64,000 nt of DNA from an uncultured bacterium (lineage in GTDB: Bacteria > Krumholzibacteriota > Krumholzibacteriia > LZORAL124-64-63), in contig CAVSGO010000003.1 of the NCBI GenBank assembly GCA_963727525.1, positions 192,001 to 256,000 of the forward strand. The letters are read 5' to 3'. Position 1 is the stretch's first letter, and every line of letters starts with the position of its first letter. The notes beneath the pieces are model-generated. The model was given only the letters and a program-made list of their open reading frames with translations. It did no database searches and had not been told where the DNA came from. The position numbers and the translations under genes are program-made. Shown here in pieces: positions 30,631 to 40,480 of the stretch.

Positions 30631-32489
30631 TGCCCTGCCGCGCCGCCACGGCGATGCTCTCGACGGCCCTGCTCCTGCTTCTCGCGCTGGCCTCCGGCTG
30701 CACCGAGCGCGATGCCATGCCCACCTTGCCGGTCGAAACGGGCGATGCGAGTCCCGGCATCTGGACGAAGGTGTATCCCACGCTGCCGACCGAGGGCCTG
30801 TCGGCGATCTGGGGTATGGACGCCGACGACATGTGGGCCGTGGGGGGCGAGGGTACGATCGTGCATTTCGACGGTGAGCGATTGCACCTGGTGGCGAGTC
30901 CCACGACGCAGACGCTCTACGCCATCGACGGGTGCTCGGCGACGGACATCTACGCGGCCGGCTCCGGCGTGGTCGTTCACTGGAACGGGCACGTGTGGAG
31001 CGACATCACGCCTGACGTCCCCGTGTGGGTGCGAAGTCTCGTCTGTCGGTCATCCACGGAAGTCTTCGTCGCGAGCCAGGTCAATCCCGATTCGATGACG
31101 ATCAACCAGATCCTGCGCTACGACGGCGCCCGGTGGCGCGATACCGGCTTCCCCATCATCCATGCCAGCGCCGCGGCGCGGCTCTGGGATCCTGACCCGG
31201 CCGGATCTCTGGTCTTCAGCCAGGTCGACGGCGGCTCCTACGCGTACGACGGTCAGAGTTGGGAGCCCCTGGATTCGTCGTTCTACGTCGTCGACTCCGA
31301 TGGTGATCTCGTGATGGCGCGGCGCGGGGTAGGCTCGGACCGCGTCCTGTTCCGCGTCGGCGGTGATGGCTCGCTCGAGGAACTCTGCGACGACTTCGAT
31401 CCAGGCTTCCCGTCCCTGATCGCCGCCTCTCGTACCGTGGTGGCGTCCAACCGGAACGAGATCTGGACGTCGACTCCCTGCCATCGTCAGCCGACCTCGT
31501 TCACCACGGAATCGAGTGTGTACGATCTTGCCGTTCCGGAGCGTCCGGGATCCTCCGGCCCGGCCGTCTTCGCGGTTGGCAACGAGGCCCTGTTCACACG
31601 TGGCGCCTGGCAAGCCGACGGCACCTTGATCTGGCGTGACCTCTGGGATGGCCGAAATACCGATCTCGATCCGTACGAACTCGCCGGTGATGGAGCGACG
31701 GTCTATGCGACCACCGCACGGGATCGCCTCGTAACCGTCGTCGCAGGGCAGGTGTCGATCGACCAGGCCGGGCCCAACGTGCGATACATTCGCACGCTTC
31801 CCGGCGGCGACATCGTGGCTTTGCAGGGCAATAGGCGACTGGTTCGACGGAGAGCATCGGGCGCGTGGGAGATGATCGGACCGGAGATCTCCGTACCCCT
31901 TCACGAGTTCTGGACGGACGGAGCCGATCGCGCACTCTTGACGCATATCCGGGCCTGCTGGACGCTGGACGCCGGTGCGTGGGCCGAAGCCGATTCTCTT
32001 CCTGCCCCGTGCGACTGGATCGATGGCTACGCGATCGACGATCTCTATGCCCGGGGTGCTGGCAAGCTCATGCATTTCGACGGACAGACCTGGTCGACGG
32101 TTCTCGGCGACTCGACGCTCTACGTCGGCTCGGCCTATTGCAGCCGCCAGGGCCATCGCGTGTATCTCGGCGTCAGCCATGGTTATCCTACCTACGGCGT
32201 GGGATACTATGAAGACGGCGCTTTCGTCGAGGACGATCCGGATGTCGGCTTCGCCCCGTCGCGAAACTTTTGCGAGGTGGCACCGGGAGAATTCTACTGC
32301 CTCGGCGTCCTGATTCCTTCGTTTGCCAATGTGCTCTACCATCGCACGCCTTCGGGAATCTGGGATCGTGTCGAGGTCGTCAGCGTTTTCAGCGACTTCA
32401 ATCGCATCTACGCCCACGCGGGCCTGGGTATCGTCGCCGTCGGTTACGACGGGCTCTTCCGCCGCGACCTTCCGACTGGAGCACCATGA
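30627..32489 (+). CDS. Putative lipoprotein with beta-propeller-like repeats (paralog 2)
   Basis: Lipobox ASGC; shares MDADD-x-WAVG, WRDTGFP, GPAV-x-AVG, RGAWQ and DGYA-x-DDLYA with the upstream gene. Confidence 0.8.
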   Translation: MMPCRAATAMLSTALLLLLALASGCTERDAMPTLPVETGDASPGIWTKVYPTLPTEGLSAIWGMDADDMWAVGGEGTIVHFDGERLHLVASPTTQTLYAIDGCSATDIYAAGSGVVVHWNGHVWSDITPDVPVWVRSLVCRSSTEVFVASQVNPDSMTINQILRYDGARWRDTGFPIIHASAAARLWDPDPAGSLVFSQVDGGSYAYDGQSWEPLDSSFYVVDSDGDLVMARRGVGSDRVLFRVGGDGSLEELCDDFDPGFPSLIAASRTVVASNRNEIWTSTPCHRQPTSFTTESSVYDLAVPERPGSSGPAVFAVGNEALFTRGAWQADGTLIWRDLWDGRNTDLDPYELAGDGATVYATTARDRLVTVVAGQVSIDQAGPNVRYIRTLPGGDIVALQGNRRLVRRRASGAWEMIGPEISVPLHEFWTDGADRALLTHIRACWTLDAGAWAEADSLPAPCDWIDGYAIDDLYARGAGKLMHFDGQTWSTVLGDSTLYVGSAYCSRQGHRVYLGVSHGYPTYGVGYYEDGAFVEDDPDVGFAPSRNFCEVAPGEFYCLGVLIPSFANVLYHRTPSGIWDRVEVVSVFSDFNRIYAHAGLGIVAVGYDGLFRRDLPTGAP

Positions 32490-33688
32490 TTCGAAGCGAC
32501 CGACTCGCCATCGCCGCCCTCGTCGTCTCCCTGGTCCTGGCCGGCCAGGCCTCGGCCACGCTCACGCGCGTGCGCGCGCTGGGCGGCGGGCTCTCGTATC
32601 TCGAGGACGATGCCAACGCCACGCTGTGGTATGCGAGGCTCGTGGACTATCCTGATCGCGCGGTCTTCGACGTGGGCGACATCCCCATCGATGCCGGCGG
32701 TGGCGGTCTCGCGAACTCGGGCGGTGGGTTGCACGTGGGGATGAGCCGCACCGACCCGCGCACCTGCCTGGGGGTCTACGTGCAGGACACGCTGCCGGCC
32801 GATGCGCCCGGTGGCGGCATCACGCTTCTGGGGGCGCATCGCTTCGGGGGGCTGGCGCTCGGGCTCAAGGCCGGGCTCACGTCGTACTTCAACGGCGAGA
32901 ACACCACCGAGACCTACGGCGCCGGGCAGGGGCTCTACTACCACGACTTCGGGCTGGGTGCGGCGGTCGACCTGTCGCCGCGCCTGCAGACCGACCTTGC
33001 CGTCGACCTCGTCAACGTGCAGGGCGATGCCGCGTCGCAGGACCTCTACGCCCTCCCGTACCAGCAGTCGTGGTCCACATGGGGCGTGCGTGCGCGGGCC
33101 GCGATGACGGTGAGCGACGTCGTCACGCTGGTACCCATGATCAGTCATCGCCGGGACGACCGTGCCTTGTTCGCGCCGCAACTGGGCTCGCCGGCCGACT
33201 TGCACATGTTCGAGAACATCTTCGGCGTGGGCTTCCGCGTGCGTACCGACGACGCCAATCTCATCATCGTCTCCGGCGAGTACCGCCGCCTGCATGAGCG
33301 GCAAACGCGCATCGTGGGCGCGGCGCTGGCCTGGGACTACGACAGCGCCGACCTCTCGTCGAACGAGGTGCACGCGCGCGTGGGGCTGGAGTCGACGGTG
33401 CGGCCGTGGCTCGTGGTGCGCGCCGCGATGCAATACGTACGGTTGCAGCACGATCGCTTGACGACGCGTGGCCACACCGTGCCCGATGAGCCCGACCGCT
33501 GGGCCGAGAGCACGTCGATCCAGGTGCTCACGCCGGTCACGCTGGGGGCGGGTGTCGCGCTGGCGCCGTTCACGGTGGACGTGACGCTGAACACGCGGTG
33601 GCGCGAGGTGTATGGCGTGTTCCCGTTCGGAGCCACGCCGGCACCCACGGGCACCTACACGGTGATCACGGTGGGGTACGCGTTCTAG
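32486..33688 (+). CDS. Putative outer-membrane beta-barrel protein
   Basis: Signal peptide, alternating amphipathic strands, C-terminal VITVGYAF; ATGA overlap. Confidence 0.7.
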   Translation: MIRSDRLAIAALVVSLVLAGQASATLTRVRALGGGLSYLEDDANATLWYARLVDYPDRAVFDVGDIPIDAGGGGLANSGGGLHVGMSRTDPRTCLGVYVQDTLPADAPGGGITLLGAHRFGGLALGLKAGLTSYFNGENTTETYGAGQGLYYHDFGLGAAVDLSPRLQTDLAVDLVNVQGDAASQDLYALPYQQSWSTWGVRARAAMTVSDVVTLVPMISHRRDDRALFAPQLGSPADLHMFENIFGVGFRVRTDDANLIIVSGEYRRLHERQTRIVGAALAWDYDSADLSSNEVHARVGLESTVRPWLVVRAAMQYVRLQHDRLTTRGHTVPDEPDRWAESTSIQVLTPVTLGAGVALAPFTVDVTLNTRWREVYGVFPFGATPAPTGTYTVITVGYAF

Positions 33689-33717
33689 CCCGGACTACTC
33701 AGGAGTAGCCGGGCTAG
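33685..33717. terminator. Hairpin between convergent genes
   Basis: CTAGCCCGG-ACTACTC-AG-GAGTAG-CCGGGCTAG spans both stop codons. Confidence 0.55.
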
Positions 33718-34325
33718 TCGGGAGGCAGCGTCTTCGCGATCTCGTCGGCCGTGCCCAGGTCGCGGGGCTCGCCGCGCTCCCGAAGCGCGGCGATGAGCTT
33801 GCGTCGCACCGTCACCGACTCGTTGCTGGCGAATTTCGACTTGCCCATCCAGTTCGTCACCGCGATGCGGAACACGCCCACCGTGCGCAGCGCCTTGGCG
33901 TAGCGCGAGTCGGCGGCCGTGATCGTCTTGAAGCGGCCCTCGGGCTGGTACTTCTCCATCAGGGCCTGCAGACCGCGCGCTTTCTCGTCGACCTCGGTCA
34001 CGGGTGCGCCAATGCCGCGTGCGTCGACCGACTTGAATAGGTGCGTGGCAGGGCACGCGTAGTCGGGCGCCACGAAGTACGAGGGGATGAGGCTGTAGGG
34101 CAGCGCCATCATGAAGCTCACCGGCGCACCGTTCTCGAGCACCGTGAACTTCTCGCCTGCCAGCGCGCCGTGGAAGTAGATCGTCTGCTCCACGGCGGCG
34201 AAGTTCAGGGGCACGACGCGCGGCATGCCATCGGGCGTGAGCAGGCCCAGGTAGCCCACCTCGCACCGCCGCGCCAGCTCCGCGAAGAACGCCGGGTCCT
34301 GGTTCTGCAGTTCGTGCCGCCGCAT
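33714..34325 (-). CDS. Pyridoxamine 5'-phosphate oxidase family (NimA-like flavin-binding) protein
   Basis: GYLGL...PRVVPLNF...IYFHGA...GEK; TGATG coupling with upstream gene at 34325. Confidence 0.85.
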   Translation of the reverse strand: MRRHELQNQDPAFFAELARRCEVGYLGLLTPDGMPRVVPLNFAAVEQTIYFHGALAGEKFTVLENGAPVSFMMALPYSLIPSYFVAPDYACPATHLFKSVDARGIGAPVTEVDEKARGLQALMEKYQPEGRFKTITAADSRYAKALRTVGVFRIAVTNWMGKSKFASNESVTVRRKLIAALRERGEPRDLGTADEIAKTLPPD

Positions 34326-35293
34326 CAGCGCAACCACACGCCGCAGCCGTGCATGGTCGTGCCGTCGAGCGTGATGTCGACGGTGGCGGGATACGGCCAG
34401 CCGCTCATGGAATCGACGCAGAGCGCGTCGACGATCGACATCCGCAGCTCGTGCCCATCGGCCTTGACGGTGAGCGTGGCGCCGGGCGCCACATCCTCGG
34501 GCGTGGCGCCGGGAAAGTCGAGGTCGGGTTCGGACGGAAGGCTCACGCGCACCCGGTCGGGGCTCACGCTCACCGACCAGAACGGCTCGTTGCCGGCCGC
34601 GCGGAAGTGGTAGCCGGCGGCCCACGCCTCATCAAGGGTGCGCTGGCGGGCGCTCACGGCGCAGTCGCCGACCGCTTTGCCACCGCGTTCCATTCTTATC
34701 AGTTCGCGACCCTTGGTCCAGACGACGATCTCATCGTCGCCATATTTCGCGCCGGATGCGGCGATCTGGTGGGCGAGCAATCGGGCGCCGTCCGGCGCGT
34801 AGAGAGTGGCGGTGTCGTGGACGAGATCGTAGGTGATGAGGTAGGGCGTGTCGCCGCAATCGAAGGCGAGCATGTGCGGCATGCCGCGATCGCCCACCGC
34901 ACCGGCCTTTGCCTGGTGCAGGATGACCTCGAGCGGGCTCGCCATCGATTTCTTCGTGAGCGGCACGGCCGACGTGTTCAGCCACAGCAGCTCGCCACCC
35001 GCCGTGATACGGGCCTGTACGAGCACGGTGTGCCCATCGGCCAGGCTCGTGGGATCATAGTCGAGCGTGAAGGCGATGGGCACCTGCCCGGCCGGGTCGA
35101 TCACCTGCTCGGCCAGGGTCGGGGACGGCGCATCCTGCTTCGACGCATCCACCAGCCTGACGGTGGCCACGGCGTCCGGTGGCAGGGCGATGCGCTGGCG
35201 GTAGGTGAGTGTGCCGGTCACCTGAGTCGGTTGCGAGCCGCAGCCGGCCAGCGAAGCGGCCAGCGCGAGGACGAGGGCGAGGCGTCGGCGCAT
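34325..35293 (-). CDS. YbaY-family lipoprotein fused to MliC-like and COG3650-like domains
   Basis: Lipobox LAGC; VTGTLTYRQRIALPPDA (YbaY); AASGAKY...WTKG (MliC); GNEPFW...CVDSMSG...GCG. Confidence 0.8.
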   Translation of the reverse strand: MRRRLALVLALAASLAGCGSQPTQVTGTLTYRQRIALPPDAVATVRLVDASKQDAPSPTLAEQVIDPAGQVPIAFTLDYDPTSLADGHTVLVQARITAGGELLWLNTSAVPLTKKSMASPLEVILHQAKAGAVGDRGMPHMLAFDCGDTPYLITYDLVHDTATLYAPDGARLLAHQIAASGAKYGDDEIVVWTKGRELIRMERGGKAVGDCAVSARQRTLDEAWAAGYHFRAAGNEPFWSVSVSPDRVRVSLPSEPDLDFPGATPEDVAPGATLTVKADGHELRMSIVDALCVDSMSGWPYPATVDITLDGTTMHGCGVWLR

Positions 35294-35367
35294 GAGTGAA
35301 CTCCTGTCCGGGGTATCGGGCTGCGCTGACAGTGTAGCCCCTGTGCCCGCGACCGGACAGGCCGAGA

Positions 35368-35396
35368 TTGCCGGTATCGGCTCGTGGCCGTATCCT
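35368..35396 (+). promoter_or_regulatory. Sigma70-like promoter
   Basis: TTGCCG-17 nt-TATCCT upstream of 35449. Confidence 0.45.
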
Positions 35397-35448
35397 GGTT
35401 CCGCTCGCGCGTTTGCACGATAAACCCATCGCCGAGAAGGAGTTTCGC

Positions 35449-36840
35449 ATGGCGGAGTCTTGCCCGACCGACACCATCACCGCCCGCATGGCCCGGTGGG
35501 CCGCGGGTCTCGAGTTCGAACACCTGGGCCAGACCGCGATTCACGAGGCCAAGCGCTATCTCCTCGATTCCCTCGGCTGCGCGCTCGGCGGCTTCCGCCA
35601 GGAAGATGCGCGGCACGCCCTCGATGTGCTCGACGAGATCGCGGGCGCCGGTCCGGCCACCATCATCGGCAGCGGCAAGCGTGTCGACGTGGTGTCGGCC
35701 TCTCTCGCCAACGCTCTCATGGTGCGCGTGATGGACTACAACGACATCTACTGGCGGCAAGACCCGTCGCACCCGTCGGACATCATCCCGGCTGCCATCG
35801 CGGCGGCCGAGCGCCAGGGGACCGGCGGCCGCGAGTTGATCGTGGGTATTGTGCTGGGCCACGAGTTCGAGATGCGCCTGTGCGAGGCTGCGTTTCCCGG
35901 CATCCGCGAGCGCGGCTGGCACCATGCCACGCTCACGGCCTTCGCGTCGCCCATCGTGGCGGGACGTCTGCTGCGCCTGTCGGCCGACCAGATCCAGCAC
36001 GCCATCGGCATCAGCGCCTCGCGGCACGCCACCCTGGGCGCCGTGACGGCGGGCAAGCTGACCATGATGAAGAACACGGTCGATCCCCTGGCCACCCAGT
36101 CGGGCGTGCTGGCGGCGCTCCTCGCGGAGAGGGGCTACACCGGTCCCGAGCATGTGATCGACGGCAAGGAAGGCCTGGTACACGTCTTCGGCCCCGAGTG
36201 GAAGCTCGACGTGCTCACGGACGGACTGGGCGAGGGCTGGCGCATCGAGCGCTGCGGCATGAAGGCGTTTCCCACTGAGGCGCTCACGCATACGCCCATC
36301 TCCGCCGTGCTGCAGATCGTTGAGCAGCACGACCTGCAGCCCGAGCAGATCGCCGAGGTGCACATCCGCTCCCTCGCGCGCGCGGCCGACATCCTGGCAG
36401 ACCCCTCGAAGTATGATCCGCGTTCCAAGGAGACTGCCGATCACAGCCTGCCTTACGTGATTGCCGCCGCCATCGTGCACCGCCAGGTCACGCCGAAGCA
36501 GTTCACGCAGGACGCGATCATGAACGATCGCCTGCGCGCGCAGCTCCCCAAGGTGAAGGTTACCGCCGATCCGGAGATCGAGGCCATGTTCCCGAAGCTT
36601 CAGCGCGTGGCCGTCACCATCGCCACCACCGATGGCCGCAGCTTCGACGCCAGGCTCGACTACCCCAAAGGCGACCCCCGCAACCCGCTCACTGACCGCG
36701 AGGTGGAGGCCAAGTTCGACGCGCTGGCGGAGCCGGTACTCGACGCGGAGGCACGTCAGCGCCTGAAGGACGCCGTTTGGGGGCTCGAATCGCGGGGAAG
36801 CGTGAGCGAGTTGATGGAAATGACGACAGCGAGGGCGTGA
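35449..36840 (+). CDS. MmgE/PrpD family protein (2-methylcitrate dehydratase-like)
   Basis: AAGGAG RBS; LDSLGCALG, DYND...SHPSD, ETADHSLPY, GDPRNPL. Confidence 0.9.
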   Translation: MAESCPTDTITARMARWAAGLEFEHLGQTAIHEAKRYLLDSLGCALGGFRQEDARHALDVLDEIAGAGPATIIGSGKRVDVVSASLANALMVRVMDYNDIYWRQDPSHPSDIIPAAIAAAERQGTGGRELIVGIVLGHEFEMRLCEAAFPGIRERGWHHATLTAFASPIVAGRLLRLSADQIQHAIGISASRHATLGAVTAGKLTMMKNTVDPLATQSGVLAALLAERGYTGPEHVIDGKEGLVHVFGPEWKLDVLTDGLGEGWRIERCGMKAFPTEALTHTPISAVLQIVEQHDLQPEQIAEVHIRSLARAADILADPSKYDPRSKETADHSLPYVIAAAIVHRQVTPKQFTQDAIMNDRLRAQLPKVKVTADPEIEAMFPKLQRVAVTIATTDGRSFDARLDYPKGDPRNPLTDREVEAKFDALAEPVLDAEARQRLKDAVWGLESRGSVSELMEMTTARA

Positions 36841-36869
36841 CCACTCGAGCACGACCAGGGAAGTCCTGC

Positions 36870-36898
36870 TTGCCGACTCCCAGGGTACAGGCTAGAGT
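36870..36898 (+). promoter_or_regulatory. Sigma70-like promoter
   Basis: TTGCCG-17 nt-TAGAGT upstream of 37013. Confidence 0.45.
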
Positions 36899-37012
36899 GA
36901 CCGCTCTTGCCCGGATGGTCGTCACGATCGGTCCGTGGCACTCGTCTCACCGCGGGGGAGGACCGGCCCACGGCTGTCCCGCCGTTTCGATGACTCATGG
37001 AAGGGGAGAACA

Positions 37013-37423
37013 ATGATGAGGAATCGTCGCACGGTTGCACTCGTGGCGCTCGTCATCGCATTGACCACGGTCGGCGCCTGCGGCAAGTCGCAGAAAGCGC
37101 TCGATACCGAAGGTCTATCGCTTGGCAAGGACATGAGCGAGATCGTGAATCAAGCGGTCAAGGCCCTCGGCGGCGTCACCGACGTGGCGAGCGCGCAGGC
37201 GGCACTCCCGCAGCTCACGGATGTCGATGGAAAGCTCGGCGATCTCGTCGCCAAAGCCGCCAAACTCTCGCCCGAGAGCAAGCAGACCATGATCGACCTC
37301 GTGAAGACCGCCGTCCCCTCGCTCAAGACGGCGATGGAGCGCGTCAACGCCATCCCCGGCGTCAGCGATACTCTCAAGCCGATCCTCGACTCCCTCATGG
37401 CCAAGCTCCAGGGCGTGATGTGA
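37013..37423 (+). CDS. Small helical lipoprotein of unknown function
   Basis: GGGGAG RBS; lipobox VGAC; VTDVASAQAALP amphipathic helices. Confidence 0.75.
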   Translation: MMRNRRTVALVALVIALTTVGACGKSQKALDTEGLSLGKDMSEIVNQAVKALGGVTDVASAQAALPQLTDVDGKLGDLVAKAAKLSPESKQTMIDLVKTAVPSLKTAMERVNAIPGVSDTLKPILDSLMAKLQGVM

Positions 37424-37430
37424 TCCCGCC

Positions 37431-37473
37431 GGCGATCCCCGGCGCGACGCCGGGGATCGCCGCCGCTGCTTTT
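37431..37473 (+). terminator. Intrinsic terminator
   Basis: 14-bp perfect stem GGCGATCCCCGGCG/CGCCGGGGATCGCC with TTTT shortly downstream. Confidence 0.65.
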
Positions 37474-37648
37474 CCGTCCCCTGCCTTCGAGTCCGGCCCT
37501 TCAGGAATGCGCCGGCGAAATCGTCGATCCCTCCGGCCGTGGCTCCGAGATGCCGGGCGGCCTCGCAACCCAAGATTCGTGGCGACCGAGCCCGGCCAGG
37601 ACATGTTCAGCCGGTGGGATGACATATCCTGACCCCGCGGATGTGGGC

Positions 37649-37662
37649 GGGGGGGGGGGGGG
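37649..37662. repeat. G14 homopolymer
   Basis: 14 consecutive G in intergenic DNA. Confidence 0.9.
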
Positions 37663-37936
37663 CGCCGCCGGCGGACCCGCTTGCCGCGCTCGATCGCGTC
37701 AAAGCGGTGGCGGCGTTGGTCTTCGGCGTCCATGCCGGCCAATGATCTAGCGATTTGATGCGTAGTTCTGTATAATAGAAACCTCAAATCGAAGAACGGT
37801 ACCGGGAGACGGGCCACCGGTCAGGTGACACGCGACAGTTCCGCCGCTTCCGGGACTCATTCTCCGTGCCAGTATGGACCGTGCGACGTAGGGGCGACCC
37901 ATGGCGCGCGCTCTTGCAACGTTTTAGGAGGAACCG

Positions 37937-39067
37937 GTGCGCACCCTTGCGATCCTTTCGGCCAGCATCATCGTTCTGGCCGCCTGTAGCGGCGGCAATC
38001 CGGTGGAAGCCTCGCCGCAGGCCAATACCGCCAGCGTGATCTTCATCCATCATTCGATAGGACGGGTCTTCTTGGAACCGGGTGCGGGTGCCATGAGGGA
38101 TTCGCTGGATGTCTGGAACGGCCGCCACCAGACCTCGGTGAAGCTCTGGGATCACGACTACGGCGAGGGGCATCCGATCTGGGGTCTCTCGAATCCCCAG
38201 GGTACCAATCTCGGCTACGCCTACGGCGACGAGTTCAACAACACCATCCAGGTCGATGGTTACCGGCAACTCTTCACCACGTCCAACGCTTCGCGCGATT
38301 CGCTGATGCGCAATCACGATGTGATCGCGTTCAAGTGCGGCTACGAGAGCGGCTGGATGTGGCTGACGTCGGATGCGGAACTCGAAGCGGCCAAGGCCGA
38401 CTACCGTGCCATGCGCGACTTCTTCGACCAGCATCCCGAGAAGAGATTCGTGGTCGTCACGCAGCCGCCGATCAACTGCAATGCCGATTACGTCGACGCG
38501 CGCCGGGATCGTGCCCGCCAGCTGGCGAATTACCTGAAGAGCACGTCGTTCCTGTCCGGACACCCGAATGTGTTCTGCTTCGACCTCTTCGATCGCCTGG
38601 CTCGGCCCGACAATGCGTCGGACAGCTGCCGCAACACCCTGCGCTACGAGTACGAGCCCGATCACTCGACGGCCGACCCGCATCCGAACGAGCTTGCCGG
38701 CAAGGACATCGGTCCGGATTTCGCGCTGTTCCTGTACGACGTCGCCGTCGGTTCCGGCCAGACCGCGGTGCAGCCGGATCTGGCCTTGCCCCTCATCCAG
38801 CTCGCACCTGCCGCGCCCAATCCATTCAATCCGCGGACGACGCTCAGGTTCACGCTGGCGCGGTCGGCGCGGGCGCGTCTGAGCATCTACGACCTCGCGG
38901 GGCGGCTGGTGAAGACCCTGGTCGACGGCCAGCAGGCCACGGGCGACCACGCGGTGACCTGGGACGGCTGCGATACGAGCGGCCGTGCGGTGGCCACGGG
39001 GGCGTACGTGGTACGCCTCGTGGCCGAGCGCCAGGAAACCTCCGAGCTCATGACGCTGGTGCGCTAG
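37937..39067 (+). CDS. Exported SGNH-like protein with lipobox and FlgD-Ig/T9SS-like CTD
   Basis: AGGAGG RBS and GTG start; LAAC; FIHHSIG...DPHPN; CTD APNPFNPRTT...WDG...TLVR. Confidence 0.75.
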   Translation: MRTLAILSASIIVLAACSGGNPVEASPQANTASVIFIHHSIGRVFLEPGAGAMRDSLDVWNGRHQTSVKLWDHDYGEGHPIWGLSNPQGTNLGYAYGDEFNNTIQVDGYRQLFTTSNASRDSLMRNHDVIAFKCGYESGWMWLTSDAELEAAKADYRAMRDFFDQHPEKRFVVVTQPPINCNADYVDARRDRARQLANYLKSTSFLSGHPNVFCFDLFDRLARPDNASDSCRNTLRYEYEPDHSTADPHPNELAGKDIGPDFALFLYDVAVGSGQTAVQPDLALPLIQLAPAAPNPFNPRTTLRFTLARSARARLSIYDLAGRLVKTLVDGQQATGDHAVTWDGCDTSGRAVATGAYVVRLVAERQETSELMTLVR

Positions 39068-39083
39068 CACGACCGTAAGAGCG

Positions 39084-39120
39084 AGGGGTCGGAAGCGATG
39101 CTTCCGACCCCTTTTTCTCT
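39084..39120 (+). terminator. Intrinsic terminator, probably bidirectional
   Basis: 13-bp stem AGGGGTCGGAAGC/GCTTCCGACCCCT followed by TTTTCTCT, between convergent genes. Confidence 0.8.
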
Positions 39121-39134
39121 GGCAGGACGAGGCG

Positions 39135-40469
39135 CTAGTTGTAGATGGCCAGTCCGAGCGTCCAGGCGATTCCCGAGCGCAATCCGCCCTTGTTCATGGG
39201 AAGCGTCATGTTGGCCTGCAGAATCGAGCGATCGAAGGCCGCCACGCGCATGCCGAACGACGCATCGACGACGGTGTCGCGCTTGTAATCGGGCACGTTC
39301 GAGTTCTTGATGTCGCGGAATACCGCCGTGTGTGTGGCATCGGCCGGCCGGTCGAGAATCGCCGTCGTACCGGGCGCGATGGAGACGGTCTCATTCGTGT
39401 TGAGAGGCACAACCCCGAGCACATCGAACGCGAACGACATGCTCGAGCTGACACTCTGGTCGAAACCCGTGGCGAAGACGAAGTCGTCGCTCACGCCCTC
39501 GGCGCCACGGTAGCCGTAACCGAGATTCACGTGAGGAGTGAAGCGATCGAACGATCGCGATGCCACGCCCACGAGATTGACGTTGGTGCTTCCGGAGCCG
39601 AGGAAATCCGCCTCGGCTCCGGTCGGTAGACGCGCGTCCAGCAACAGTGCGTACTGCTCCTTCGACGAACTGCCGATCGCATACTTGGCGCGCAGCGCGA
39701 TGTCGCCGATGCCGGTGGCGCTCTCGTCATACGGCTGCGTGGTCGTGAAGATCGGATCCGTGGACGTACCGCTGAAGAAATGCAGGGCATTGCCGGTCTG
39801 TGCGAACGTGAAGCTGCTGACCGTGGCCTGCGCGTCGCCGTACATGCGCAGCTTCACGAACGGCACGGCCACGCCGACATCGAGATTCGGCAGCAGTCCA
39901 TATGTTCCCGTGAGCGCAAAAACATCGGCATCGATGTTGAGGTCCATCACGACATTGATCAGGTCGCGTTCCATCGGCAAGGTGCCGAGGGGGCCGTCGT
40001 CCGGAAAGACGTTCTCATGCGTGAATGTGAACGAGATGTCGCGCGTATCGAGGCCGCGCAGGCGATCCAGGCTGCTCGACGTGTAGTTGACGCCGAAGCT
40101 GAGACCGCCCTTACCGAGGGTCGTGCCGGTTTCGGCGAAGATCGGGCCCCAGCTCGTGCGCAATTTGCGCGGCGTGCCGTCTGGCGCCTTCTGCCAGATC
40201 GTGCCGGCGATCGAGGAACTCAGAGGCAGGGAACCGATGTTGCGAACGATCATCTGTTCAAGGGCGGGCGACAGCGTCTGGCTGGCAGCTTCCGCAGCCG
40301 GGATGAAATGGTTCTTGTGTTCGCCCGGGCTCACCGACATCTGGTCGATGAGGATCCCGTTGAATATGCTGTCGAAGACCGTGTTCATCTGTGCCTGCGC
40401 CCGCGGCGCGGGCAGCAATATGACGAGCGCGATCTGTATCGCGAGCCATGTCGTGAACATATGGCGCAT
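39135..40469 (-). CDS. Putative outer-membrane beta-barrel (MetA-pathway/'transporter'-like)
   Basis: GAGGGAG RBS; signal peptide; AETGTTLGKG, GIGDIALRAKY, RLPTG, HVNLGY; C-terminal aromatic strand. Confidence 0.7.
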   Translation of the reverse strand: MRHMFTTWLAIQIALVILLPAPRAQAQMNTVFDSIFNGILIDQMSVSPGEHKNHFIPAAEAASQTLSPALEQMIVRNIGSLPLSSSIAGTIWQKAPDGTPRKLRTSWGPIFAETGTTLGKGGLSFGVNYTSSSLDRLRGLDTRDISFTFTHENVFPDDGPLGTLPMERDLINVVMDLNIDADVFALTGTYGLLPNLDVGVAVPFVKLRMYGDAQATVSSFTFAQTGNALHFFSGTSTDPIFTTTQPYDESATGIGDIALRAKYAIGSSSKEQYALLLDARLPTGAEADFLGSGSTNVNLVGVASRSFDRFTPHVNLGYGYRGAEGVSDDFVFATGFDQSVSSSMSFAFDVLGVVPLNTNETVSIAPGTTAILDRPADATHTAVFRDIKNSNVPDYKRDTVVDASFGMRVAAFDRSILQANMTLPMNKGGLRSGIAWTLGLAIYN

Positions 40470-40480
40470 TGCGAACTCCC

